Origin: Anthoceros angustus
Taxonomy: Eukaryota > Plantae > Anthocerotophyta
NCBI GenBank assembly: GCA_010909165.1
Contig: MU008199.1
Coordinates: 645,425-709,424 of the forward strand
Direction of reading: 5' to 3'
Length of the DNA stretch: 64,000 nucleotides
Positions 26,059 through 38,847 of this stretch are shown here, piece after piece. The notes under the pieces are model-generated. The model made no database searches. It saw only the letters and a list, made by a program, of their open reading frames with translations, and was not told the origin of the DNA. Position numbers and translations under genes: made by a program. Position 1 is the stretch's first letter, and each line of letters begins with the position of its first letter.

Positions 26059-26312
26059 TGAAGGATGTGTGACCATGATGGTGGATAGAGGAGAGGAGAG
26101 GAGGAGGCAAGAGTAGCTCTCTCACCTTGAGATGAGGCTTGGAGGTATTTATACCCTCAATAGAACTCCTAGGAAGCTCCACAAGAAGCCCCTAGGAAGG
26201 AGCACAAGAAGCTTCCTGGTAATTAGCTTAAGCTAAACTAATGATACTTAACTGACACCTAACTTAGACTAAGTGTATTAGTCTAAGTACATTGGGCTTT
26301 AATACCCTTACA
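26059..26312 (-). repeat. 5' LTR of copia 1
   Basis: Direct repeat of 20081-20341; adjacent to the PBS. Confidence 0.93.
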
Positions 26313-27120
26313 TCACCTGCCTTGAGGAGATTTGGAGAGGGAAGGTTTCGTCCTCCACATCAAAAACAAGATCCTCCAAAAAGAGCCTCTCATGGAGGAT
26401 GAATCGATAGGCTAAAGCAGGGGCAGATATGGCCCAACTGCCCAAGAAAGCCACCGGGGAAGAACCTTCAGTGAGAATAGACCGGTGCCCCCGAATTGCA
26501 CTGGCATGAACGCTTGCCAATGGGCCACATCGCCCTGTGGCACTCAAAATCCTCTGGGCCCATTATGTCCCCAAGAGTATCCATGATCTTCCTGTCAAAC
26601 CCATACAGCCAAGACAGAAGAACTGGGGACGGGGGCAGCGTGCGAATGAGGTAACCAGGGGGCCTAGCGAAACAAGAGGAAAGAATGTCGAAGGCCACCT
26701 AAGCATCCTCTTGCAAAAGGAGGTCGTCGATATGGGAGAGGCCCTCCGCCATAGTCTAGTCTAAGAAGCTCCCGATGAAGTCATGGGAACTGAAGGGGAC
26801 CCCAAAATCTATAGATCCAAGGCCGGAGCAATCTCCCTAGCAGGGAAGTGCAAAGTGAGGAGGATCCCCGACAAGGACCAAACACTACACTTGGAGAGCT
26901 TGACCTTCAAGCCCACAAAGAAAGCTCATGAGAGAAGAGCTCAAAGGCCTCCTTGACCTTGTCCCCAGGCTCGAGGATGTGAGAGTCGTCTGCTAGTGAA
27001 GGGAAGACACAGTCGCGTGTAGAGGAAGTAGCCTTGGATAGGGCCCTGTAGCAAGCAATGACAAAAAGTGCACCGCCTAGAGGGTTGCCTTGCTTGGTAC
27101 CTGTGACCGATTCCAAGACG
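26313..27120 (-). mobile_element. CRE-clade non-LTR retrotransposon 2, RT part (5'-truncated or interrupted)
   Basis: Motifs GTKQGNPLGGALF, LADDSHILEPGDKVK, LSSCFARPPGYLIRTLPP and AFLGSWAISAP; collinear with CRE 1 and contiguous with 19020-20080 across the TCACC TSD. Confidence 0.85.
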
Positions 27121-29011
27121 GTGTGGGAGGAAAATCCCGGGGCTTACGAGATTCACCCTCTAGTGACCACACTTATCCCACTGTCGCTTAGCACATTGGG
27201 TTTCGTTCCATGGGATCTTGGTTGACAGCCGAGCACTGAAGGAAGGCATTATCCTACTTCCATATACACAACCACCCAGCCCCCTCAACAGGGAAGGCAT
27301 TATCCTACTTCCCCTTAAAAGCAGCTGCACCACCTACACTGCTTGGAAAAAACACCAACCCCTGGCCTACAACAACACGACACTATCATAGGCCATGCCC
27401 CAGCGAGAGTGAGTCTACCGTGAGCACCCAGGGACCCCCTGGTTTGCACTGCGATTTTATTCTCCTTGCTAGGATAGCTAGCTCCCCATACCATTGGAGC
27501 ACTTTTTCACCGCAGATCTGGGACCCTCCCTTAGGCTCTGCCTTGGGCCTTCCGTTATTATCTACACACTAATTTCCTCCTCAACACTCCATTTCTTTGC
27601 CGTCATCAATGCTTTTCTTCATCCTACACACCTACTTACTCTCCTTCCATGATCTCTTAGTCTAACACCACCCTCCGCTCATGGATTCCAGCCTCACTGG
27701 CACAACCGCTCATGAATCAATAAGTTCTTCCTTGGCCCGGTTCTGCAATTTACACCAGACATGAGAACCTGTGAGTCTTTCCTGTAGTCTACCCTCAAAG
27801 TTCCTTGAGCATTGCCACACACCCAAAGCAAAGCACCACAGCAACCATTCACAAGGGGAGCAACTTGCGGGGTGCTTGTAGAGAGCAAGCCTCCGCCATA
27901 GTCTAGTCTAACCCATGAAGTCATAACCAAGGGGACCCCAAAATCTATAGATCCAAGGCCGGAGCACTCTCCTAGTGGAAGTGCAAAGTGAGGAGGATCC
28001 CACAAGGACCAAACACTACACTTGGAGAGCTTGACCTGCCCACAAGAAAGCTCATGAGAGAAGAGCTCAAAGGCCTCCTTGACCTTGTCCCTGTGCCTCA
28101 TGTGAGGTGACCACTAGTGAAGGGAAGACACAACAGTGTAGGAAGTAGCCTTGGATAGGGCCCTCCTACAATGACAAAAGTGCACCGCCTAGAGGGTTGC
28201 CTGCTTGGTACCACGATTCCAAGACGGCAGGGAGGAAAATCCCGGCTTACGAGATTCACTCTAGTGACACACTTATCCCATCGTCGCTAGCACATTGGGT
28301 TTCGCTCCATGGGATCTTGCTGATGTGAGCACCAAGGAAGGCATTATCCTACTCCATATACACAACCACCCAACCTGCGGGAAGGCATTATCCTATTTCC
28401 CCAGCAAATGCACCACCTACACTGCTTGGAAAAAACACCAACCCCTGGCCTACAACAACACGACACTATCATAGGCCATGCCCCAGCGAGAGTGAGTCTA
28501 CCGTGAGCACCCAGGGACCCCCTGGTTTGCACTGCGATTTTATTCTCCTTGCTAGGATAGCTAGCTCCCCATACCATTGGAGCACTTTTTCACTGCAGAT
28601 TCGGGACCCCTCCCTTAGGCTCTGCCTTGGGCCTTCAGTTATTATCTACACACTAATTTCCTCCTCAACACTCCATTTCTTTGCCGTCATCAATGCTTTT
28701 CTTCATCCTACACACCTACTTACTCTCCTTCCATGATCTCTTAGTCTAACACCACCCTCTGCCTCATGGATTCCAGCTCGCCCTTACGGCACAACTGCCT
28801 GGGTCCGCTCATGAATCAATAAGTTCTTCCTTGGCCCGGTTGCTGTGCAATTTACACCAGACAGCGAGAACCTCCAGGGAGTCTTTCCCTGTAGTCTACC
28901 CTCAAGCCGAAAGTTCCTTGAGCATTGCCACACACCCAAAGCAAAGCAATTCACACAGCAACCATTCACAAGGGGAGCAACTTGCAGGGGTGCTTGTAGA
29001 GAGCAAGCCCT
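26741..29011. repeat. Tandem duplication B (~1.13-kb unit spanning the CRE 2/LTR-like junction)
   Basis: 26741-27888 is repeated at 27889-29011. Confidence 0.9.
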
Positions 29012-29276
29012 ATTAGCTCAAATGTCGCAAACTCCTGCTGCAAGCAGATTAGCTTCCAACCGGCACGAAATTCCTTCACAAGAAGCAAAGGACTCGCGAG
29101 GTGGGGAGTGCAAGACACTATGTTTTTCTTCTCAAAACCTGCCCCTTATATAGGGCTCATACATAAGGCCTCCCCTCTTACTTGTCCACTACGTTCTTCC
29201 TCCACCACTATAAACTAATAACCATCTAAAGCCAGCATTAAAGCCACTACCCCACTTGCTTCCAGCCATCCTGACA
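27122..29276 (-). mobile_element. Gypsy-like LTR sequence (partly duplicated by duplication B)
   Basis: The minus strand starts TGTCAGGAT at 29276 and has a CCCTATATAAGGGG TATA context at ~29142-29155. Non-coding; no TSD found. Confidence 0.45.
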
Positions 29277-29339
29277 ACTAGCTTAGAAAACTCCCAAACT
29301 AGTTTGAGGTGCTTTGCGGAAGCAAATTTATGATCAAAG

Positions 29340-32300
29340 TTTAGTGCTTTACTAATTGATACAATTGATTACAAGTGGTGGGCTTTTATTACTGTAATAG
29401 AGAGTTGTATCTCTTGATTTCAGATATCATAGGGTATGACCACGCTGGGTTAAGCTAAGCTAACCATAACCAACACGGTCTGTACTTCTAACTCTCCTTC
29501 TCATACTAGTTGGGTTATCTAAATCTAAGAACTAATAATCACTTGCGGGTATTGTATAAGTACTACGGTCTTCAACTAAACTCAACTCCATGATCGTCAC
29601 CGGTGTAAGTAAGATTGAAGCAAGCGGTCTACAATAGCTGTAACTTCAAGTAAGCGTTCGAGATAAGAGATCGCCTCACCAAATGTGTGGTCCAAGTGCA
29701 AAAAGGCACTGATCAACCAATCCAAGCCCTTCTCGTGGGCGTGTTTGAACTTCGCAAGGATTTTGTCGATATCGATTATTGTTTGTGGGTACGTATTATA
29801 CCTTAACAATTCCTCTCTCAGCAGCGTCACAAATATAATGGTGTTGAATCTCAATATGCTTCGTGCGTGCATGAAAGACAGGATTTGCGACAAGAGCGAC
29901 ATATTGTCACAATTAAGCACTATTGGCCCTTCTTGCTTCATATTCAAATCTTCACATCACTTTCTTTCCCATTCAGCCTCTTTCGTGGCTTCAGTGAGTG
30001 CTTTGTACTCGATTACATTGATGAAAGTGATATTGCAGCTTGTTTTCTACAAGACCAATTAACAAGTGGAGCCGCAAGAAAGCAATATCTTTGAGATACT
30101 TTTGGTGTCGATTTGAAGCCCAATCGCATCGACAAAGCATGTCGATGTGCTTCTTTCCGCTAGGCTTGAAGCAGAGGCCAAAATTTGGAGTACCCATGAG
30201 GTATCGCATGATGCGCTTGAGAGCAACCTAGTGATCCTTTCCTGGATTCTCGAGCAGCAATAGCATTTATGATTTGAGATATCGTGCGGTTTGATTACTC
30301 AAGAACATGAGTACCAACTCCCATATGATAAGGAATATTTTCCATCTCTTTCTTTTCCTGTTCAGATTGTGGACATGTAGTAGATGAAAGCTTAACACCT
30401 GCCGCACGTGCATTCTCCAAATTGAAGCGTTTTAACATACCAGCTACATATCTTCCTTGATGGAGATAGATAGCACCAGTGGTATCTCTATGTACATGCA
30501 TTCCAAGAATATATTTAACTTTGCCGAGATCCTTCATCTCGAATTCTTTACTAAGGTCAGCTTTAATCTTGTTAACTAGTTCAATATTGTTGCCAGGAAT
30601 AACTAAGTCATCAACATATAGTGCAACCAACACAAGGGAGCTGTCCTTGCGGAGTACGTAGATATTTGGTGTTAGCTTCACTTTGGATAAAACCTATCTT
30701 CTTGAGGTAAGAATCCATTCTCTCATGCCATAAACGTGGGCTTTGCTTTAGTCCGTAAATGGAACGAATAAGTTTACACACCTTGTTTGGGTGTTGCTCA
30801 TCTTCATAGTCTTTTGGTTGATCCATATAGATCTCTTCTTGCAGATGACCATAAAGGAGAGCAATACAAACGTCAAGCTGATAAATTTACAGATTAAGCT
30901 CGACACATAAAGCCGTGGAGCATTCTTCACTGACTTGACATGTGAATAAACCTTATCGCCTCACCAAATGTGTGGTCGGGTCCGATTCATTTCTGATCAA
31001 CCAATCCAAGCCCTTCTCGATGGAAGCAATGTTTGAACTTCGCAAGGATTTTGTCGATATCTCGATTATTGTTTGTGGGTCGTGTTATAACAATTCCTCT
31101 CTGCGTCAAATATAATGGTGTTGAATCTCAATATGCTTCGTGCGTGCATGAAAGACAGGATTTGCGACAAGAGCGACATATTGTCACAATTAAGCACTAT
31201 TGGCCCTTCTTGCTTCATATTCAAATCTTCACATCACTTTCTTTCCCATTCAGCCTCTTTCGTGGCTTCATTGAGTGCTTTATACTCCGATTCTGTTGAT
31301 AATAGTGATATTGCAGCTTGTTTTCTACAAGACCAATTTACAGCAGTGGAGCCAGCAAGAAAGCAATACGCTGAGATACTTTTTCGACATTTTGAAGCCC
31401 AATCGCATCGACAAAGCATGTCGATGTGACGCTTCTCTTTCCGCTAGGCTTGAAGCAGAGGCCATAATTTGGAGAACCCTTGAGGTACCGCATGAGGTGC
31501 TTGAGAGCAACCCAGTGATCCTTTCCTCGATTCTCTGAGAACTAAGCAACAGCATTTACAGTATTTGAGATATCTGGTCTGGTTTGATTACTCAAGAACA
31601 TGAGAGTACCAACTCCCATATGATAAAGAATATTTTCCATCTCTTCCTTTTCTTGTTTAGATTGTGGACAAGTAGTAGATGAAAGCTTAACACCTATGGC
31701 GCCAGGTGTGGCTGCCGCACATGCATTCTTCAAATTGAAGCGTTTAAACATACCAACTACATATCTTCCTTGATAGAGATAGATAGCTTCAGTGGTATCT
31801 CTATGTACATGCATTCCAAGAATATATTTAACTTTGCCGAGATCCTTCATCTTGAATTCTTTACTAAGGTCAGCTTTAATCTTGTTAACTAGTTCAATAT
31901 TGTTGCCAGGAATAACTAAGTCATCAACATATAGTGCAAGCAGCACAAGGGAGCTGTCCTTGCGGAGTACATAGATATTGGTGTCTGCTTCACTTTGGAT
32001 AAAACCTATCTTCTTGAGATAAGAATCCATTCTCTCATACTATAAACGTGGGCTTTGCTTTAGTCCGTAAATAGAGCGAATAAGTTTACACACCTTTGTT
32101 TAGGTGTTGCTCATCTTCATAGTCTTCTGGTTGATCCATATAGATCTCTTCTTGCAGATGACCATAAAAAAAAGCAGTACAAACGTCAAGTTGATAAATT
32201 TCCAGATTAAGCTCGGCACATAAAGCCAGGAGCATTTTCACGGAAGCAGACTTGACAACAGGTGAATAAACCTTATCGCCCTGATAGTCCACTTCTTTTT

Positions 32301-32428
32301 TCTAACTATAACCCTTAGCCACTAGTCTCGCTTTGTAGCGAATTCGAAGTTCAACCTCTCGGAATTTAGTTTTGAGAACCCACTTGCATTTGACAGTAGT
32401 TTCGCCTTTGGGCAAGTTTATTAGAGTA
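29340..32428 (-). mobile_element. Ty1/copia fragment 3 (RT-RNase H + probable 3' LTR), truncated on the right by the Sola-like element
   Basis: Motifs KCKWVLK, YKARLVAKGY, YQLDVCTAF, IYGLKQSPRLW, LYVDDLVI, TRPDIS and STESEYKALNEATKEAEW. Confidence 0.88.
29670..32280. repeat. Tandem duplication C (~1.3-kb unit; copia 3 RT/RNase H)
   Basis: 29670-30954 is repeated at 30955-32280. Confidence 0.9.
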
Positions 32429-32429
32429 A

Positions 32430-34870
32430 CACCATAAATTTTGAAGGGGGGGAATATGCTCGATGGGGGTTTTTTGTGAATAACCGCTGAAGAGGGTTGG
32501 TGATGGGTCTAAAAGCTGTGGGTTCAGCTATTGTGTGGAAACTAAAGCGAAAAAAAGGGTCCGGCCCCTGCATCATACGAGTTTTCCGTTGGTATATATG
32601 ACTGCCGAAGGGTGACCCAATTCCCTACACCGTTTGTTTCGGCCAAAACAATACCCACAATGCACACCCTGTTTGCCGGTCTAGCAATAATGTTATCAGA
32701 CATTCGCGATTCCAACGCCACTATGGAAGGGTCATGAAATCTCGCGGACAGGTTCAATCCATAAAACAAAATTGTGGGGAAGAAAATTTCGTTTGCTCAG
32801 CAGGTTTAATGTGTGATCCTTCACCTATTAGCGGTACACAGTGGCGAGGCAAGGGAGGGGCGCGGCTGGCGGCGCCCTCCACAACCTCCTATCAGAAAAA
32901 CATGTTTGCTATCCACTTGGGCACCAGTTCCTGGAGAATGAAGTGGAACCGGTCACTGTGGTATGGCGTGGCATGTTGCATGAGGGGGCGCCGGCTGGCC
33001 GGCGCCCTCGCCACTGTCAAGAAGGGCACATTCCACATGGTTGCTATCCGCATTGTCACCACTTCATTTGGAATGAAATAGAACAGGGCCCTGCAGTGGG
33101 GGGTCATGTTGCTTGCCGTGGTGTTGGAGACAAATACCCTAAACCGCGGGACTCACGTAACATATTCACAGGACATAGTCCGTCAATATTTAGCCTAAAA
33201 CAAGTGGTATGTGCAACCGCCATTGCAGCTTCTACAATTTGAGCTAAAGTTATGCACGAACAGCGACAAGAGGAATAGGGGCGCCGACCGCCACCGAGCC
33301 ATGTACCGCTTTGGTTGTAAAGGATGGGCCATCGACACATGAAGTGGGGACCCACATCCATACGACCCCTAATGACAATGGTTGAGGCTAGTCATCCACA
33401 CTCAGCCTAGTCATCCCCGAGTTCACGCCTTTCACATCGCTTGGCCCAAGATCAACAATATTGTCATCGCTATCCTCGACACTTTGACGGCTGGTTGTAT
33501 GAATCCTCGCACACTCAATTTGTCCTCGATCGCCTTTTGTCCACCGATACAAATGTTTCCGGCATTCAAAATAAAACCGTAATAAAGGATGATGGAATCA
33601 TTCACATAGACCGCCTGTATGTTTTTGGGATAAAATACCTTATTACCTTTTTTCCCCAGTGCCCGTCCATCTTGGTTACCTCTTCCTCGTAGTATATATT
33701 CCTCCACATACCTACCTTCGTACGCGTCTGTATGATCTGTCCGATACCAGTGGATAAGAAAGTGAGGTTGTGGTGCATCCAACTTCACGTCCGTGACTTT
33801 CCCAATCCAAAAAGGTCTGTTGTGTATGTCTGTGGTGCATGGCACTGCGAGAAACATTCCCTTTTTTATTTCTGCAATATCGCCATTCAAGCGTGCCATT
33901 TCACGCTGCTGCCTTCCAATGTTTTGATATGGCCCCAGATACATATCTCGTTGGGGAAGCTCCTCAACAATGCTTCTTCCAGCAAAGCTTCATCCGGTAC
34001 ATGAAGGTCATACTGTCTCTTCCTCCTCAGCACGGGAGAACCATTTCCAAGGACGGTCCAGAACAAGGCCGATGTGGTTTTCCACAATAACAGCAATCTC
34101 TGTCTGGTCTACCCAGAATTCCTCCCACCACTTGTACTCTTCAGTTGTTACATAAGGTCGCATTCCAAGTAACCCATCCTTCAAATGAGCCACACCTTCC
34201 GTTGGTGTCAGTGCCCCTGCGGTTCCTTTTTTATCCCGTGCACGTAAGGACATCAAAGGCGCTCATATGGCATCGAGGAACGAAATTTAAGAACTCCAAA
34301 CTCGCCTCTTTCCCAAAGCGAGATGTTGAATCGCTTGCTCCTCGATGATCGGACTGCCGCGTCGTTTGTCCTCCCGTAATTTTGAACTGCCGTATGATAG
34401 ATTATTCAACTTTTTCACCGCATACTTCCTCCCTCTCGCCAGACCATACATATGTCCGGAACTGGAACCTCCACTGTAACCTTCACCTGAGAGGGAGTAT
34501 AGGCCTCATCGTGTGTGGTACGGTAGCGCGCTTCTTTGTGTTTAAGGCTTTTGGAGAAGCAGAAAACATCCGTCTATTTGGTCATGAGTGTGACCAACCA
34601 AGGAATCCCACCTTCACTTTTTCGAACGTGTGCCCATATCAACGAGCATGTTCAGATATGCAAATAATAGCTGATTCTTGTTCTCCCGACATGTATTGTC
34701 AAGTTGCAAGTACAAAACTTTGGGCAGCTGTGGAGTGATTTTCTAAACCCCGTGGTCACACAAAGGCCACATTTACCCTCTTTATCGTTGTAGACTTGAG
34801 ATTCGTACCCAAGGGAGTGATTTCGTGTCAAGACAACCAAAACCATTAATCCACCCAAACACGGACACAC
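32430..34870 (-). mobile_element. Sola-like/DUF7869-type DDD transposase relic (3' half)
   Basis: QLDNTCRENKN (~34673-34706), VGHTHDQID.MFS (~34560-34600) and a C-terminal PFWIGKV..FLIHWY block (33432-33944). Confidence 0.6.
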
Positions 34871-35053
34871 CAAACATCTAGGCGATTCTGGACCGAACTA
34901 CAACCTTTCGGACACTGCGCTATCTTAGCCCGACCTATTGCTACCTTAGCAGCAGGCGGCCGATCGCTATCTTAGCAACCACTCTCTATTTTTAGCAGAG
35001 TGGGGTCCACCTTGGGATCAGGTCTGACTATTAATAGAAGGGTGGATCCCACG

Positions 35054-38000
35054 TGAAGATGCAAGCGGATAAGGCTGGCCCCTCTCTCTCTCTCATCTAC
35101 CCACAAAGTCAGATCCACCAATCAGGGTTGCCGCTCACACAAACTACCCCCTTACTCTTGTAGCACTTCTTCAGACCTCCTTTCCTCTCCTCCAGCCCTT
35201 CACACTACTAGGAAAACGTGTCCTTTACTACGGAATTTACTACTACATTACAACAAAATTACTACACTTGTAGTAAAATGCCCGTTGTAAAACACATAGC
35301 GTTAATTTCCATGGTAATGTCTTCACCGTATACCATGGCTATATATATCGTTATGTGACATACATACGATGTACTTTACGGAGTTGACCGTACATGAGTT
35401 AGGGTTTAACTACAGTTCACTTTACAACAACAATTACTACAGTGATCTACAACGACATTTACAACAACTAATCGTGGTTAATAAAATATGGTTAAGTAAC
35501 CAATGTGAATTAACTCAAGTTTATTAATCGAAGTTAAATAACATGGTTTATAAACCATAGTTATGTAACCATGGTTAGGTTAATCGAGCATAGTTATAAC
35601 GGGCCGTTGTAAAACACCTCTGCAAAATAAGGCCGTAGTAAAAATCTGCAGGACCGTAGTAAAGTAAAACGGATTTATATTCTTTGTAGTAAAGTGCACT
35701 CTGTAGTAAAATGAAGGGGTGCTAGGCGGGTGTGTGGGTTATAGGTCTTGTGATTGCACCTACATCCTACAATATATTAGACTCGCCCCCTACATGCTAC
35801 AGGGCATCTAAAATTTTCTCCACCCAGACCTCAACTCAAAGACCGTGCCCCAAAGGTTTGCCACCGCCAAAAAGAAAACCACAAACTTAAATCGGTTTAA
35901 GTTCACGAACTTCAGGCTATCCCAAAATAGACACAATAGTCACGGACAACGACCTAACCGTAATCATGCTCAAGCATCCTCACTTGTCTTGCAACTTTGC
36001 GGGAAGATAATGCCCCACCATCCACCGTCATCTATGACATTACGCTTTAAGATGGCCTCCATGACCTTCTCATCGCACTCCTTGATGGAATAGCCGCATC
36101 CTTCAACAAGGTCCACACATTAATCGCCTTGTCCTTCCTTTGAGTCCACTTGCGGACCCAAAGCTGGAGTTCTAGTTCGCATCCAAAACTCTTTCAACTT
36201 TGTAAGCCAAGCCCCATGATTGGTGCCAACGTGATTTCATCCATGGTTGGGTCTCTCTCAAACTTCCTCTAAACCTGTCAAGAAACCCCTTCTGCCCGCC
36301 ATATCCAAAACATGCATAGCTATTACTTCCCACCTCCTTGCTCCTCCTCATGGCAGCCAGTTTTTGCTGGCTCGGGGCAACAACTCCATCCATCTTGTCT
36401 TGCTCCTCTTTCAAAAAGACCTCCCAGTACTCCTGCTTCACACTCTTCGGGACATACTTGGGGTGCGCTTTTTGTCCTTGCAAGAAATAACGGGCTTCCT
36501 TCCTAACATTGTTCCTCCAAAACTTCAGATTAGGGTTCAGAAATTGCAAGACAATACAGTCAAAAGACCATGGACCACTCAAAGTCTACCTGATACATGT
36601 CTCAACATGAAGGCTTGATTTGCTTCCAAAAGGGATGTATGAGAGGATTGCAGAGAGCGGGTTGCAAAATGCACTCATCCTTCATGGGCAAAAAGGAGGG
36701 ATCCACGAAGATGTAGCACACGCAAACATGTTTAGTGCATAGCCTCCAAATATGGCATAAAGCGCCTCCGTCGCATTAGATCTACGGCGAAATTTCAGCT
36801 GAGAATTTCATGCAGCAAGAAATTCCAGCCTCAAAATTTCATCTGGGGCCTGAAATTTCAGGCCCCTACATCTTGCGGCATTTCGACGAAATTTCATCTT
36901 TGAGCGAAATTTCAGCTACAAAACTAAAATGCCACCAAACATTGAAGATCTCGGATAGGTGGCCCCTCTCTCTCATCTACCCACAAAGTCAGATCCACCA
37001 ATCAGGGTTGCCGCTCACACAAACTACCCCCTTACTCTTGTAGCACTTCTTCAGACCTCCTTTCCTCTCCTCCAGCCCTTCACACTACTAGGAAAACGTG
37101 TCCTTTACTACGGAATTTACTACGGACATTACAACAAAATTACTACACTTGTAGTAAAATGCCCGTTGTAAACACATAGCGTTAATTTCCATGGTAATGT
37201 CTTCACACCGTATACCATGGCTATATATCGTATTCGTATGTGACATACATACGATGTACTTTACGGAGTTGACCGTACATGAGTTAGGGTTTAACTACAG
37301 TTCACTTTACAACAACAATTACTACAGTGATCTACAACGACATTTACATTTGTAATCATGGTTAATAAAATATGGTTAAGTAACCAATGTGAATTAACTC
37401 AAGTTTATTAAGCGAAGTTAAATAACATGGTTTATAAACCATAGTTATGTAACCATGGTTAGGTTAATCGACAGCTGTAGTTATAACGGGCCGTTGTAAA
37501 ACACCAGCTGCAAAATAAGGCCGTAGTAAAAATCTGAAATAAACAGGACCGTAGTAAAGTAAAACGGATTTATATTCTTTGTAGTAAAGTGCACTGTTGT
37601 AGTAAAATGAAGGGGTGCTAGGCGGGTGTGTGGGTTATAATCTTGAATTTGATTGCACCTACATCCTACAATATATTAGACTCGCCCCCTACATGCTACA
37701 GGGCATCTAAAATTTTCTCCACCCAAAGACCTCAACTCAAAGACCGTGCCCCAAAGGTTTGCCACCGCCAAAAAGAAAACCACAAACTTAAATCGGTTTA
37801 AGTTCACGAACTTCAGGCTATCACAAATAGACACAATAGTCACGGACAACGACCTAACAGAATCATGCTCAAGCATCCTCACTTGTCTTGCAACTTTGCG
37901 GGAAGATAATGCCCCACCATCCACCGTCATCTATGACATTACGCTTTAGGATGGCCTCCATGACCTTCTCATCGCACTCCTTGATGGAATAGCCGCATCC

Positions 38001-38847
38001 TTCAACAAGGTCCACACATTAATCGCCTTGTCCTTGCCTTTGAGTCCACTTGCGGACCCAAAGCTGGAGTTCTAGTTCGGTGCATCCAAAACTCTTTCAA
38101 CTTTGTAAGCCAAGCCCCATGATTGGTGCCAACAGATTGATTTCATCCATGGTTGGGTCTCTAAACTTCCTCTAAACGTCAAGAAACCCCTTCGCCCGCC
38201 ATATCCAAAACATGCATAGCTATTACTTCCCACCTCCTTGCTCCTCCTCATGGCGGGTTTTCTTTCAACAACTCCATCCATCTTGTCTTGCTCCTCTTTC
38301 AAAAGGCCTCCCAAGACTGCTTCACACTCTTTGGGACATACTTGGGGTGCGCTTTTTGTTCTTGCAAGAAATAACGGGCTTCCTTCCTAACATTGTTCCT
38401 CCAAAACTTCAGATTAGGGTTCAGAAATTGCAAGACAATACAGTCAAAGACCATGGACCACTCAAAGTCTGCCTGATACATGTCTCAACATGAAGCACAC
38501 ACGCTTCAGTTTGCTTCCAAAAGGGATGTATGAGAGGATTGCAGAGAGAGCGGGTTGCAAAATGCACTCTGTCCTTCATGGGCAAAAAGGAGGGACAGTC
38601 ACGAAAGATGTAGCACACACAGCACCAGCAGCATGTTTAGTGCATAGCCTCCAAATGAGGCATAAAACGATGCCCTTCAGGCCTCCAAATCAGGCATTAG
38701 ATCTCCGCCCGAAATTTCGTCAGAATTTCATGAAGAAGAAATTCCCCTGAAATTTCAGTGCAGCCCCTTTCATCATGTCTGCGATTGCCCGAAATTTCAT
38801 GGCAGCAAATTGTGCTACAAACTAAAATGCCACCAAAACATTGAAGA
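35054..38847. repeat. Tandem duplication D (~1.9-kb unit including the left CACTA terminus)
   Basis: 35054-36942 is repeated at 36943-38847, giving two CACTACTAGGAAAA ends (35203 and 37083). Confidence 0.92.

Larger units (their letters stand above)
20081..26312 (-). mobile_element. Full-length Ty1/copia LTR retrotransposon (Tnt1/Tork-like), 5-bp TSD TCACC, with internal tandem duplication
   Basis: LTRs 20081-20341 and 26059-26312 (TG..CA). TSD at 20076-20080 and 26313-26317, PPT at 20342-20352, tRNA-iMet PBS at 26046-26058. Domains: gag MFNIEKLDGTNF, CHYCHK knuckle, WIIDYGASFH protease, LRADNGG integrase, QMDVKTAFLHG/SLYGLKQAPR/LYVDDML RT, TKHVDAKYHFIRE RNase H. Confidence 0.95.

Noticed and set aside
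25177-26076. Long R/A/G/P-rich ORFs on both strands
   Set aside because: These result from the stop-free G/C tract. Only the final MFNIEKLDGTNF is real gag.
29023-29276. Solo LTR TGTCGCAA..CTGACA
   Set aside because: No TSD (TCAAA vs ACTAG); more likely part of a longer LTR-like sequence.
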